Of a stretch of DNA of 64,000 nt, positions 1 through 13,400 are shown piece after piece. Position numbers and translations under genes: made by a program. The first letter of the stretch is position 1. Each line of letters starts with the position of its first letter. The stretch comes from Isurus oxyrinchus. Taxonomy: Eukaryota. Under the pieces are notes generated by a model. The model ran no database searches. It was not told the origin of the DNA and saw only the letters and a list, made by a program, of their open reading frames with translations. The stretch lies in contig JANJGN010000013.1 of assembly GCA_026770705.1 (NCBI GenBank), positions 100,998,001-101,062,000 of the forward strand, read 5' to 3'.

Positions 1-330
1 ATAATCTTTCCTTGTAAACAATCGCTCATTCTTGTCGACAAAAGACAATGAATTGTTTGTTGACATTTGTTGACACCATATGCTTGCCTGAAAAGCAAAT
101 GCCTTTTGCAGGCAATTTGCTCCAGCAACTGCTCTGTAGATTAACTGCTGGATTTTGAGAATTGAATTAGTGATAAGTGATTTTGGGTATAACTATTTTT
201 CTGTTTCTTACCTTTCTAGTATCATCTCTAACGTGTTCCTTCAACTGAAGTAAATTCAGTGTACATTATGTAGGAAAGCGATGCAGCCAGCAGTGAATTA
301 ATATGCTTTACCATTTTCTCTGGTATTTAG

Positions 331-1497
331 GGCCAACACCATTTGGAGGAACAGGGAAACCAACAACCTCAGAGACTACCATCAGTGGTGGTGAGAATTG
401 TTCTTCTCCTCATCAGCATGTTAAGTTAATGTTGTGAGATTCGTGTATTAATATTCTGTAATATTTCCTCTGCTACATAGTGCGAACACTAACGACAGTG
501 ACAGGTGTACTTCCTGCTTCAGAAACCAGCATTTCTGGTGAGTAGAGCTAATTTGATTTGATTAGGTTAAATTATGTCAGAACGATTTGTGATTTAGCGC
601 TCTGCAATATGATTTCTGCTGCATAGGACCAACCCAAGCTACAGGGACAGGATTTGCAATGGTTTCAGAAACCAGGATTACCGGTGAGCACATGTTTTCT
701 CATTGCCATGTGAAGTTTGCCCTGCCAGCTGCAGGCAGTCAAGAGTCTTGATGTTTTTGCAAAATTGAAGTTGATGATATGTTGAGTCCAATCACATGGA
801 AATATCTAAATGAGTGCCAAATGAGTTGTTCCACAGTATTATTGGTAATGTTCTTACTTCATAAATGTGCTTCTTTATGCTTTGTTCTGGCAGTGGTTTC
901 TGATGGTAAAATTGTCAAATGATAATAAATTGTTAATGCTTTGTGTAAGCTTAGGTTAACTACTAGATTTTGAGAATTGAATTAGTGATAGGAGATTTTG
1001 GGTATAACTATTTTTCTGTTTCTTACCTTTCTAGTATCATCTCTAACATGTTCCTTCAACTGAAGGAAATTCAGACTACATTATATAGGAAAGCGATGCA
1101 GCCAGCAGTGAATTAATATGCTTACCATTTTCTCTGGTATTTAGGGCCAACACCATTTGGAGGAACAGGGAAACCAACAACCTCAGAGACTACCATCAGT
1201 GGTGGTGAGAATTGTTCTTCTCCTCATCAGCATCTTAAGTTAATGTTGTGCGATTCGTCTGTTAATATTCTGTGATATTTTCTCTGCTACATAGTGCCAA
1301 CATTTACTACAGTGACAGGTGTACTTCCTTCTTCAGAGACTAGCATTTCTGGTGTGTAGAACTAATTTCATCTGATTAGGTGAAACTATTTCAGAGCGAT
1401 TTGTGATTTAGCTATCTGCCATATGATCTCTGTTACATAGGACCAACTCCAGCTACAGGGACAGGCATTGCCATGGTTTCAGAAACCAAGATTACTG
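331..1497 (+). CDS. Microexon cluster C-D-E-C'-D'-E'
   Basis: C 331-390 (GPTPFGGTGKPTTSETTISG), D 481-537 (VRTLTTVTGVLPASETSIS), E 627-683 (GPTQATGTGFAMVSETRIT), C' 1145-1204, D' 1295-1351 (VPTFTTVTGVLPSSETSIS), E' 1441-1497 (GPTPATGTGIAMVSETKIT). All have AG/GT; short introns are 90 and 89 nt. Confidence 0.8.
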
Positions 1498-4400
1498 GTG
1501 AGGGCATTTTTTCTCATTGCCATGTGAAGTTTGCACTGCTAACTGTGGGTAGTCAAGGGTCTTGATGTTTTTTGCAAAATTGAAGTTGATGACATGTTGA
1601 GTCCAATCACATGGAAATGTATAAATGAGTGCCATATGAGTTGTTCCATAGAATTATTGGTAATGTTCTTACTTCATAAATGTGCTTCTTTATGTTTTGT
1701 TCTGGCAGTGGTTTCTGATGGTAAAATTGTCAAATGATAATAAATTGTTAACGCTTTGTGTAAGCTTAGGTGCAATTTTTATGCCACATTTTACAAAATG
1801 TGAGCAGAAATACCTTGTGCCTTTACTTACCTCACTGCTTATTGATGCATATTTGTTTTTTGATTAAAAGACGTGTTGATTAACGAGGTATGAGAATTAT
1901 GATTGTTGCCAGTTATAGTTGATATCTGGCATTGTCAAGTATTTCTTTCGGTCGAGGACGGAGCTGTTAAGTAAGCTTGTTGAATTGATTGGAGTCAGTC
2001 CGATGTGTCATTGTCGGATGAGTGATTGTGTTATTGGCAGTATCTTTGAATAGCAAGAGATACGGATCATGAAGACAGCCCAAAACCTTTTGAGAAATGG
2101 AGGAACTGGGGCCTGACAATTCCATTTGTTTTTTTGAAGCAAATATGGAAATTGGAAATTTGCGATTATTTGCTTTTTTGCATTTGTAGTTTGAAGAACT
2201 ATCAGGTTGCTGTTATTAATTTTAGAAACCTAAATGCATTTATTTGAACGAATGATGATGGCAGAAGACATCAGGTTATCTGATGAGTCGAGAAATGCTT
2301 GTCTGTCCTGAGGCCAATAGGATGTGCTTAATAGCATCTCAATTGATGAACTGGAAAATGAAAGGATTCTTTTGGGGTGATTTTGGGCAATGATGAGGCT
2401 TCCATGTGAAATATGTTTTTGGAAAGACAGAGAACATTATTTTCTCAAAATGGAATACAGCAAGGTTTCCATTAGCAAATAATTGGTGAAGTAGTGATGA
2501 GAAGTGCCATGTGCTGAGTGGGATTTTTAAATTGCGCCCCTGAAGTTGTTAGAAATATCAATCAGTTTGAAATCTTTCAAATTAATTTTGCCTGTTAAGA
2601 AGCGCTCAATCTTGTGAAGAAAAGCAAATGAAGCATTTGCTGACACCATGTTATTGAAGATATCATTGCCTGAAAATGAAGTGCCTTTTATCGGCAACTT
2701 TGTCCAGGAATTGCTCTGGAAGTTATCCTCTACCTTATTGGAAGGGAATTGCTGCTAGGCTTTGTTGTATATAATTATTGTTCTATTCCTTATCTTTGTA
2801 GAAGTAATTGTATGTTACTCCTTCAACTGAACTAGATGATGCGAATATCTCAACATTATCTCAGAAGTCGATGCAGCCAGTAGTGAATTAATAATCTGCC
2901 ATTTCCTCTGGCATTTAGGGCCAACACCATTTGGTGGAACTGGAAGGCCAAGAATTTTAGAGACCACCATCAGTGGTGAGTATGGCTCTTCTCCTCATCA
3001 GCATGTTAAGTTAAATTTCTGTGATTCGGGTATAAGTATTCTGTAATATTTCCTCTGCTACGTTAAATATAATCTTTCCTTGTAAACAACTGCTCACTCT
3101 TGTCAACAAAAGATTATGAAGCGTTTGTTGACACTCTGTCATTAAGGATATTCTTGCCGGAAAAGCAAATGCCTTTTGCTAGCAACTTGCTGCAGCACCT
3201 GCTCTGGAGGTTAACTGCTAGATTTTGAGAATTGAATTGGTGATAGGAGATTTTGTGAATAATTATTTTTCTGTTTCTTTCCTTTGTAGTATCATTTCTA
3301 GCTTGCTCCTTCAACTGATGTAAATTCAGTGTACATTTTCTAGGAAAGCAATGCAGCCAGTAGTGATTTAATATATTGCACCATTTTCTCCGGTATTTAG
3401 GGCCAACACCATTTGGTGGAACTGGAAGGCCAAGAACTTCAGAGACCACCATCAGTGGTGAGTATTGTTCTTCTCCTCATCAGCATGTTAAATAAAATTT
3501 CTGCGATTCGGGTATAAGTATTCTGTAATATTTCCTCTGCTACATCAAGTATAATCTTTCCTTGTAAACAATCGCTCATTCTTGTCAACAAAAGACAATG
3601 AATTGTTTGTTGCCATTTGTTGACACCATGTCATTCATGATATTCTTGCCTGAAAAGCAAATGCCTTTTGCAGGCAATTTGCTCCAGCAACTGCTCTGGG
3701 GTTTAACTGCTTGATTTTGAGAATTGAATTAGTGATAGGAGATTTTGGGTATAACTATTTTTCTGTTTCTTACCTTTCTAGTATCATCTCTAACATGTTC
3801 CTTCAACTGAAGTAAATTCAGTGTACATTATGTAGGAAAGCGATGCAGCCAGCAGTGAATTAATATGCTTTACCATTTTCTCTGGTATTTAGGGCCAACA
3901 CCATTTGGAGGAACAGGGAGACCAACAACTTCAGAGACTACCATCAGTGGTGGTGAGAATTGTTCTTCTCCTCATCAGCATGTTAAGTTAATGTTGTGCG
4001 ATTCGTGTATTAATATTCTGTAATATTTCCCCTGCTACATAGTGCGAACACTAACGACAGTGACAGGTGTACTTCCTGCTTCAGAAACCAGCATTTCTGG
4101 TGAGTAGAGCTAATTTCATTTGATTAGGTGAAATTATTTCAGAGCGATTTGTGAATTAGCGCTCTGCAATATGATCTCTGCTGCATAGGACCAACCCAAG
4201 CTACAGGGACAGGATTTGCAATGGTTTCATAAATTAGGATTACTGGTGAGCACATGTTTTCTCATTGCCATGTGAAGTTTGCCCTGCCAACTGCAGGCAG
4301 TCAAGGGTCTTGATGTTTTTGCAAAATTGAAGTTGATGTTATGTTGAGCCCAATCACATGGAAATGTCGAAATAAGTGCCAAATGGGTTTTCCACAGTAT

Positions 4401-7400
4401 TATTGGTAATGTTCTTACTTCATAAATGTGCTTCTTTATGCTTTGTTCTGGCAGTGGTTTCTGATGGTAAAATTGTTAAATGATAATAAATTGTTAACGG
4501 TTTGTGTAAGCTTAGGTTCAACTTTTAAGCCACATTTTACAAAATGTGAGGACAAACACCTTGTTCCTTTACTTTCCTCACTGCTTATTGATGTATATTT
4601 GTTTTGTGATTCAAAGACGTGTTGGTTAAAGAGGTATGAGAATTGTGATTGTTGCCAGTTATAGTTGATATCTGGCATTATCAAGTATTTCTTTTGGTCG
4701 AGGACGGAACAGTTAAGTAAGGTTGTTGAATTGATTGGAGTCAGTCCGCTGTGTCATTGTTGGATGAGTGATTGTGTTATTGGCAGTATCTTTGAATTAG
4801 CAAGCGATACGGATAATGAAGATGGCCCAAAACTCTTTGAGAAATGGAGGAACTGGGGCCTGACAATTCCATTTATTTTTTCAAAGCAAATATTGAAATT
4901 GAAAATTTGTGATTATTTGTGTTTTTGCATTTGTCGTTTGAAGAACTATCAGGTTGCTGTTATTAATTTTAGAGTCCTAAATGCATTTATTTGAACGAAT
5001 GATGATAGCAGAAGACATCAGGTTATCTGATGAGTAGAGAAATGCTTGTCTGTCCTGAGGCCAAGAGGATGTGCTTAAAAGCATCTCATTTGATGAACTG
5101 AAAAATGAAAGGATTCTTTTGGGGTGATTTTGGGCAATGATGAGGCTTCCATGTGAAATATGTATTTGGAAAGGCAGAGAACATTATTTTCTCAAAATGG
5201 AATACAGCAAGGTTTCCATTAGCAAATAATTGGTGAAGTAGTGATGAGAAGTGCCATGTGCTGAGTGGGATTTTTAAATTGCGCCCTTGAAGTTGTTAGA
5301 AATAACAAACAGTTTGAAATCTTTCAAATTAAGTTTTGCCTGTTAAGAAGTGCTCAATCTTGTGAATAGATGCAAATGAAGCATTTGCTGATACCATGTC
5401 ATTGAAGATATTATTGCCTGAAAATTAAGTGCCTTTTATTGGCAAATTTGTCCAGGAATTGCTCTGGAAGTTATCCTCTACCTTATTGGAAGGGAATTGC
5501 TGCTAGGCTATGTTGTATATAATTACTGTTCTATTCCTTTTCTTTGTAGAATTAAGTGTAAGTTGCTCCTTCAACTGAACCAGATGTTGCGAATATCTCA
5601 ACATTATCTCAGAAGCCGATGCAGCCAGTAGTGAATTAATAATCTGCCTTTTCCTCTGGCATTTAGGGCCAACGCCATTTGGAGGAGCAGGAAGACCAAG
5701 AACTTCAGAGACCACCTTCAGTGGTGAGTATTGTTCTTCTCCTCATCAGCATGTTAAGTTAAATTTCTGTGATTCGGATGTAAGTATTCTGTAATGTTTC
5801 CTCTGCTACGTTAGATATAATCTTTCCTTGTAATCAACTGCTCATTCTTGTCAACAAAAGATTATGAAGCGTTTGTTGACACTCTGTCATTAAGGATATT
5901 CTTGCCGGAAAAGCAAATGCCTTTTGCTAGCAACTTGCTCCAGCACGTGCTCTGGAGGTTAACTGCTAGATTTTGAGAATTGAATTGGTGATAGGAGATT
6001 TTGGGAATAATTATTTTTCTGTTTCTTACCTTTGTAGTATCATCTCTAGCTTACTGCTTCAACTGATGCAAATTTAGTTTACATTTTCTAGGAAAGCGAT
6101 GCATCCAGTAGTGATTTTATATATTGTACCATTTTCTCCGATATTTAGGGCCAACACCATTTGGTGGATCTGGAAGACCAAGAACTTCAGAGACCACCAT
6201 CAGTGGTGAGTATTATTCTTCTCCTTATCCGCGTGTTAAGTTCAATTTCTGCGATTTTTGTATTAGTATGCTGAAATATTTCCTCTGCTACATTAAGTAT
6301 AATCTTTCCTTGTAAACAATCGCTCATTCTTGTCGACAAAAGACAATGAATTGTTTGTTGACATTTGTTGACACCATATGCTTGCCTGAAAAGCAAATGC
6401 CTTTTGCAGGCAATTTGCTCCAGCAACTGCTCTGTAGATTAACTGCTGGATTTTGAGAATTGAATTAGTGATAAGTGATTTTGGGTATAACTATTTTACT
6501 GTTTCTTACCTTTCTAGTATCATCTCTAACGTGTTCCTTCAACTGAAGTAAATTCAGTGTACATTATGTAGGAAAGCGATGCAGCCAGCAGTGAATTAAT
6601 ATGCTTTACCATTTTCTCTGGTATTTAGGGCCAACACCATTTGGAGGAACAGGGAAACCAACAACCTCAGAGACTACCATCAGTGGTGGTGAGAATTGTT
6701 CTTCTCCTCATCAGCATGTTAAGTTAATGTTGTGAGATTCGTGTATTAATATTCTGTAATATTTCCTCTGCTACATAGTGCGAACACTAACGACAGTGAC
6801 AGGTGTACTTCCTGCTTCAGAAACCAGCATTTCTGGTGAGTAGAGCTAATTTCATTTGATTAGGTTAAATTATTTCAGAGCGATTTGTGATTTAGCGCTC
6901 TGCAATATGATTTCTGCTGCATAGGACCAACCCAAGCTACAGGGACAGGATTTGCAATGGTTTCAGAAACCAGGATTACCGGTGAGCACATGTTTTCTCA
7001 TTGCCATGTGAAGTTTGCCCTGCCAGCTGCAGGCAGTCAAGAGTCTTGATGTTTTTGCAAAATTGAAGTTGATGATATGTTGAGTCCAATCACATGGAAA
7101 TATCTGAATGAGTGCCAAATGAGTTGTTCCACAGTATTATTGGTAATGTTCTTACTTCATAAATGTGCTTCTTTATGCTTTGTTCTGGCAGTGGTTTTTG
7201 ATGGTAAAATTGTCAAATGATAATAAATTGTTAATGCTTTGTGTAAGCTTAGGTTAACTACTAGATTTTGAGAATTGAATTAGTGATAGGAGATTTTAGG
7301 TATAATTATTTTTCTGTTTCTTACCTTTCTAGTATCATCTCTAATATGTTCCTTCAACTAAAGTAAATTCAGTGTACATTATATAGGAAAGCGATGCAGC

Positions 7401-10400
7401 CAGCAGTGAATTAATATGCTTTACCATTTTCTCTGGTATTTAGGGCCAACACCATTTGGAGGAACAGGGAAACCAACAACCTCAGAGACTACCATCAGTG
7501 GTGGTGAGAATTGTTCTTCTCCTCATCAGCATCTTAAGTTAATGTTGTGCGATTCGTGTATTAATATTCTGTGATATTTTCTCTGCTACATAGTGCCAAC
7601 ATTTACTACAGTGACAGGTGTACTTCCTTCTTCAGAGACTAGCATTTCTGGTGTGTAGAACTAATTTCATCTGATTAGGTGAAACTATTTCAGAGCGATT
7701 TGTGATTTAGCTTTCTGCCATATGATCTCTGATACATAGGACCAACTCCAGCTACAGGGACAGGCATTGCCATGTTTTCAGAAACCAAGATTACTGGTGA
7801 GGGCATGTTTTCTCATTGCCATGTGAAGTTTGCACTGCTAACTGTGGGTAGTCAAGGGTCTTGATGTTTTTTGCAAAATTGAAGTTGATGACATGTTGAG
7901 TCCAATCACATGGAAATGTATAAATGAGTGCCATCTGAGTTGTTCCATAGAATTATTGGTAATGTTCTTACTTCATAAATGTGCTTCTTTATGCTTTGTT
8001 CTGGCAGTGGTTTCTGATGGTAAAATTGTCAAATGATAATAAATTGTTAACGCTTTGTGTAAGCTTAGGTGCAATTTTTATGCCACATTTTACAAAATGT
8101 GAGCAGAAATACCTTGTGCCTTTACTTACCTCACTGCTTATTGATGCATATTTGTTTTTTGATTAAAAGACGTGTTGATTAAAGAGGTATGAGAATTATG
8201 ATTGTTGCCAGTTATAGTTGATATCTGGCATTGTCAAGTATTTCTTTCGGTCAAGGACGGAGCTATTAAGTAAGCTTGTTGAATTGATGGGAGTCAGTCC
8301 GATGTGTCAATGTCGGATGAGTGATTGTGTTATTGGCAGTATCTTTGAATAGCAAGAGATACGGATCATGAAGACAGCCCAAAACCTTTTGAGAAATGGA
8401 GGATCTGGGGCCTGACAATTCCATTTGTTTTTTCGAAGCAAATATGGAAATTGAAAATTTGCGATTATTTGCTTTTTTGCATTTGTAGTTTGAAGAACTA
8501 TCAGGTTGCTGTTATTAATTTTAGAAACCTAAATGCATTTATTTGAACGAATGATGATGGCAGAAGACATCAGGTTATCTGATGAGTCGAGAAATGCTTG
8601 TCTGTCCTGAGGCCAATAGGATGTGCTTAATAGCATCTCAATTGATGAACTGGAAAATGAAAGGATTCTTTTGGGGTGATTTTGGGCAATGAAGAGGCTT
8701 CCATGTGAAATATGTTTTTGGAAAGACAGAGAACATTATTTTCTCAAAATGGAATACAGCAAGGTTTCCATTAGCAAATAATTGGTGAAGTAGTGATGAG
8801 AAGTGCCATGTGCTGAGTGGGATTTTTAAATTGCGCCTCTGAAGTTGTTAGAAATATCAATCAGTTTGAAATCTTTCAAATTAATTTTGCCTGTTAAGAA
8901 GCGCTCAATCTTGTGAAGAAAAGCAAATGAAGCATTTGCTGACACCATGTCATTGAAGATATCATTGCCTGAAAATGAAGTGCCTTTTATCGGCAACTTT
9001 GTCCAGGAATTGCTCTGGAAGTTATCCTCTACCTTATTGGAAGGGAATTGCTGCTAGGCTTTGTTGTATATAATTATTGTTCTATTCCTTATCTTTGTAG
9101 AAGTAATTGTATGTTGCTCCTTCAACTGAACTAGATGATGCGAATATCTCAACATTATCTCAGAAGTCGATGCAGCCAGTAGTGAATTAATAATCTGCCA
9201 TTTCCTCTGGCATTTAGGGCCAACACCATTTGGTGGAACTGGAAGGCCAAGAATTTTAGAGACCACCATCAGTGGTGAGTATGGCTCTTCTCCTCATCAG
9301 CATGTTAAGTTAAATTTCTGTGATTCGGGTATAAGTATTCTGTAATATTTCCTCTGCTACGTTAAATATAATCTTTCCTTGTAAACAACTGCTCATTCTT
9401 GTCAACAAAAGATTATGAAGCATTTGTTGACACCCTGTCATTAATGATATTCTTGCCGGAAAAGCAAATGCGTTTTGCAGGCAACTTGCTGCAGCACCTG
9501 CTCTGGAGGTAACCGCTAGATTTTGAGAATTGAATTGGTGATAGGAGATTTTGTGAATAATTATTTTTCTGTTTCTTACCTTTGTAGTATCATTTCTAGC
9601 TTGCTCCTTCAACTGATGTAAATTCAGTGTACATTTTCTAGGAAAGCAATGCAGCCAGTAGTGATTTAATATATTGCACCATTTTCTCCGGTATTTAGGG
9701 CCAACACCATTTGGTGGAACTGGAAGGCCAAGAACTTCAGAGACCACCATCAGTGGTGAGTATTGTTCTTCTCCTCATCAGCACGTTAAATAAAATTTCT
9801 GCGATTCGGGTATAAGTATTCTGCAATATTTCCTCTGCTACATCAAGTATAATCTTTCCTTGTAAACAATCGCTCATTCTTGTCAACAAAAGACAATGAA
9901 TTGTTTGTTGCCATTTGTTGACACCATGTCATTCATGATATTCTTGCCTGAAAAGCAAATGCCTTTTGCAGGCAATTTGCTCCAGCAACTGCTCTGGGGT
10001 TTAACTGCTTGATTTTGAGAATTGAATTAGTGATAGGAGATTTTGGGTATAACTATTTTTCTGTTTCTTACCTTTCTAGTATCATCTCTAACATGTTCCT
10101 TCAACTGAAGTAAATTCAGTGTACATTATGTAGGAAAGCGATGCAGCCAGCAGTGAATTAATATGCTTTACCATTTTCTCTGGTATTTAGGGCCAACACC
10201 ATTTGGAGGAACAGGGAGACCAACAACTTCAGAGACTACCATCAGTGGTGGTGAGAATTGTTCTTCTCCTCATCAGCATGTTAAGTTAATGTTGTGCGAT
10301 TCGTGTATTAATATTCTGTAATATTTCCCCTGCTACATAGTGCGAACACTAACGACAGTGACAGGTGTACTTCCTGCTTCAGAAACCAGCATTTCTGGTG

Positions 10401-13400
10401 AGTAGAGCTAATTTCATTTGATTAGGTGAAATTATTTCAGAGCGATTTGTGAATTAGCGCTCTGCAATATGATCTCTGCTGCATAGGACCAACCCAAGCT
10501 GCAGGGACAGGATTTGCAATGGTTTCATAAATTAGTGAGCACATGTTTTCTCATTGCCATGTGAAGTTTGCCCTGCCAACTGCAGGCAGTCAAGGGTCTT
10601 GATGTTTTTGCAAAATTGAAGTTGATGTTATGTTGAGCCCAATCACATGAAAATGTCGAAATAAGTGCCAAATGGGTTTTCCACAGTATTATTGGTAATG
10701 TTCTTACTTCATAAATGTGCTTCTTTATGCTTTGTTCTGGCAGTGGTTTCTGATGGTAAAATTGTTAAATGATAATAAATTGTTAACGGTTTGTGTAAGC
10801 TTAGGTTCAACTTTTAAGCCACATTTTACAAAATGTGAGGACAAACACCTTGTTCCTTTACTTTCCTCACTGCTTATTGATGTATATTTGTTTTGTGATT
10901 CAAAGACGTGTTGGTTAAAGAGGTATGAGAATTGTGATTGTTGCCAGTTATAGTTGATATCTGGCATTATCAAGTATTTCTTTTGGTCGAGGACGGAACA
11001 GTTAAGTAAGGTTGTTGAATTGATTGGAGTCAGTCCGCTGTGTCATTGTTGGATGAGTGATTGTGTTCTTGGCAGTATCTTTGAATTCGCAAGCGATACG
11101 GATAATGAAGATGGCCCAAAACTCTTTGAGAAATGGAGGAACTGGGGCCTGACAATTCCATTTATTTTTTCAGAGCAAATATTGAAATTGAAAATTTGCG
11201 ATTATTTGTGTTTTTGCATTTGTCGTTTGAAGAACTATCAGGTTGCTGTTATTAATTTTAGAGTCCTAAATGCATTTATTTGAACGAATGATGATAGCAG
11301 AAGGCATCAGGTTATCTGATGAGTAGAGAAATGCTTGTCTGTCCTGAGGCCAAGAGGATGTGCTTAAAAGCATCTCATTTGATGAACTGAAAAATGGAAG
11401 GATTCTTTTGGGGTGATTTTGGGCAATGATGAGGCTTCCATGTGAAATATGTATTTGGAAAGAGAACATTATTTTCTCAAAATGGAATACAGCAAGGTTT
11501 CCATTAGCAAATAATTGGTGAAGTAGTGATGAGAAGTGCCATGTGCTGAGTGGGATTTTTAAATTGCGCCCTTGAAGTTGTTAGAAATAACAATCAGTTT
11601 GAAATCTTTCAAATTAAGTTTTGCCTGTTAAGAAGTGCTCAATCTTGTGAATAGATGCAAATGAAGCATTTGCTGATACCATGTCATTGAAGATATTATT
11701 GCCTGAAAATTAAGTGCCTTTTATTGGCAAATTTGTCCAGGAATTGCTCTGGAAGTTATCCTCTACCTTATTGGAAGGGAATTGCTGCTAGGCTATGTTG
11801 TATATAATTACTGTTCTATTCCTTTTCTTTGTAGAATTAAGTGTAAGTTGCTCCTTCAACTGAACCAGATGTTGCGAATATCTCAACATTATCTCAGAAG
11901 CCGATGCAGCCAGTAGTGAATTAATAATCTGCCTTTTCCTCTGGCATTTAGGGCCAACGCCATTTGGAGGAGCAGGAAGACCAAGAACTTCAGAGACCAC
12001 CTTCAGTGGTGAGTATTGTTCTTCTCCTCATCAGCATGTTAAGTTAAATTTCTGTGATTCGGATGTAAGTATTCTGTAATATTTCCTCTGCTACGTTAGA
12101 TATAATCTTTCCTTGTAATCAACTGCTCATTCTTGTCAACAAAAGATTATGAAGCGTTTGTTGACACTCTGTCATTAAGGATATTCTTGCCGGAAAAGCA
12201 AATGCCTTTTGCTAGCAACTTGCTCCAGCACGTGCTCTGGAGGTTAACTGCTAGATTTTGAGAATTGAATTGGTGATAGGAGATTTTGGGAATAATTATT
12301 TTTCTGTTTCTTACCTTTGTAGTATCATCTCTAGCTTACTGCTTCAACTGATGCAAATTTAGTTTACATTTTCTAGGAAAGCGATGCATCCAGTAGTGAT
12401 TTTATATATTGTACCATTTTCTCCGATATTTAGGGCCAACACCATTTGGTGGATCTGGAAGACCAAGAACTTCAGAGACCACCATCAGTGGTGAGTATTA
12501 TTCTTCTCCTTATCAGCGTGTTAAGTTCAATTTCTGCGATTTTTGTATTAGTATGCTGAAATATTTCCTCTGCTACATTAAGTATAATCTTTCCTTGTAA
12601 ACAATCGCTCATTCTTGTCGACAAAAGACAATGAATTGTTTGTTGACATTTGTTGACACCATATGCTTGCCTGAAAAGCAAATGCCTTTTGCAGGCAATT
12701 TGCTCCAGCAACTGCTCTGCAGATTAACTGCAGGATTTTGAGAATTGAATTAGTGATAAGTGATTTTGGGTATAACTATTTTTCTGTTTCTTACCTTTCT
12801 AGTATCATCTCTAACGTGTTCCTTCAACTGAAGTAAATTCAGTGTACATTATGTAGGAAAGCGATGCAGCCAGCAGTGAATTAATATGCTTTACCATTTT
12901 CTCTGGTATTTAGGGCCAACACCATTTGGAGGAACAGGGAAACCAACAACCTCAGTGACTACCATCAGTGGTGGTGAGAATTGTTCTTCTCCTCATCAGC
13001 ATGTTAAGTTAATGTTGTGAGATTCGTGTATTAATATTCTGTAATATTTCCTCTGCTACATAGTGCGAACACTAACGACAGTGACAGGTGTACTTCCTGC
13101 TTCAGAAACCAGCATTTCTGGTGAGTAGAGCTAATTTCATTTGATTAGGTTAAATTATTTCAGAGCGATTTGTGATTTAGCGCTCTGCAATATGATTTCT
13201 GCTGCATAGGACCAACCCAAGCTACAGGGACAGGATTTGCAATGGTTTCAGAAACCAGGATTACCGGTGAGCACATGTTTTCTCATTGCCATGTGAAGTT
13301 TGCCCTGCCAGCTGCAGGCAGTCAAGAGTCTTGATGTTTTTGCAAAATTGAAGTTGATGATATGTTGAGTCCAATCACATGGAAATATCTGAATGAGTGC

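Noticed and set aside
2252-2311. C/D-box snoRNA-like or hammerhead-like motif in each long intron (ATGATGA..CTGATGAGTCGAGAAA..CTGA)
   Set aside because: There is no terminal stem, the D' and C' boxes overlap, there is no real hammerhead stem II or III, I recognise no antisense target, and the segment is deleted in the edge unit. snoscan/Infernal plus small-RNA-seq would settle it.
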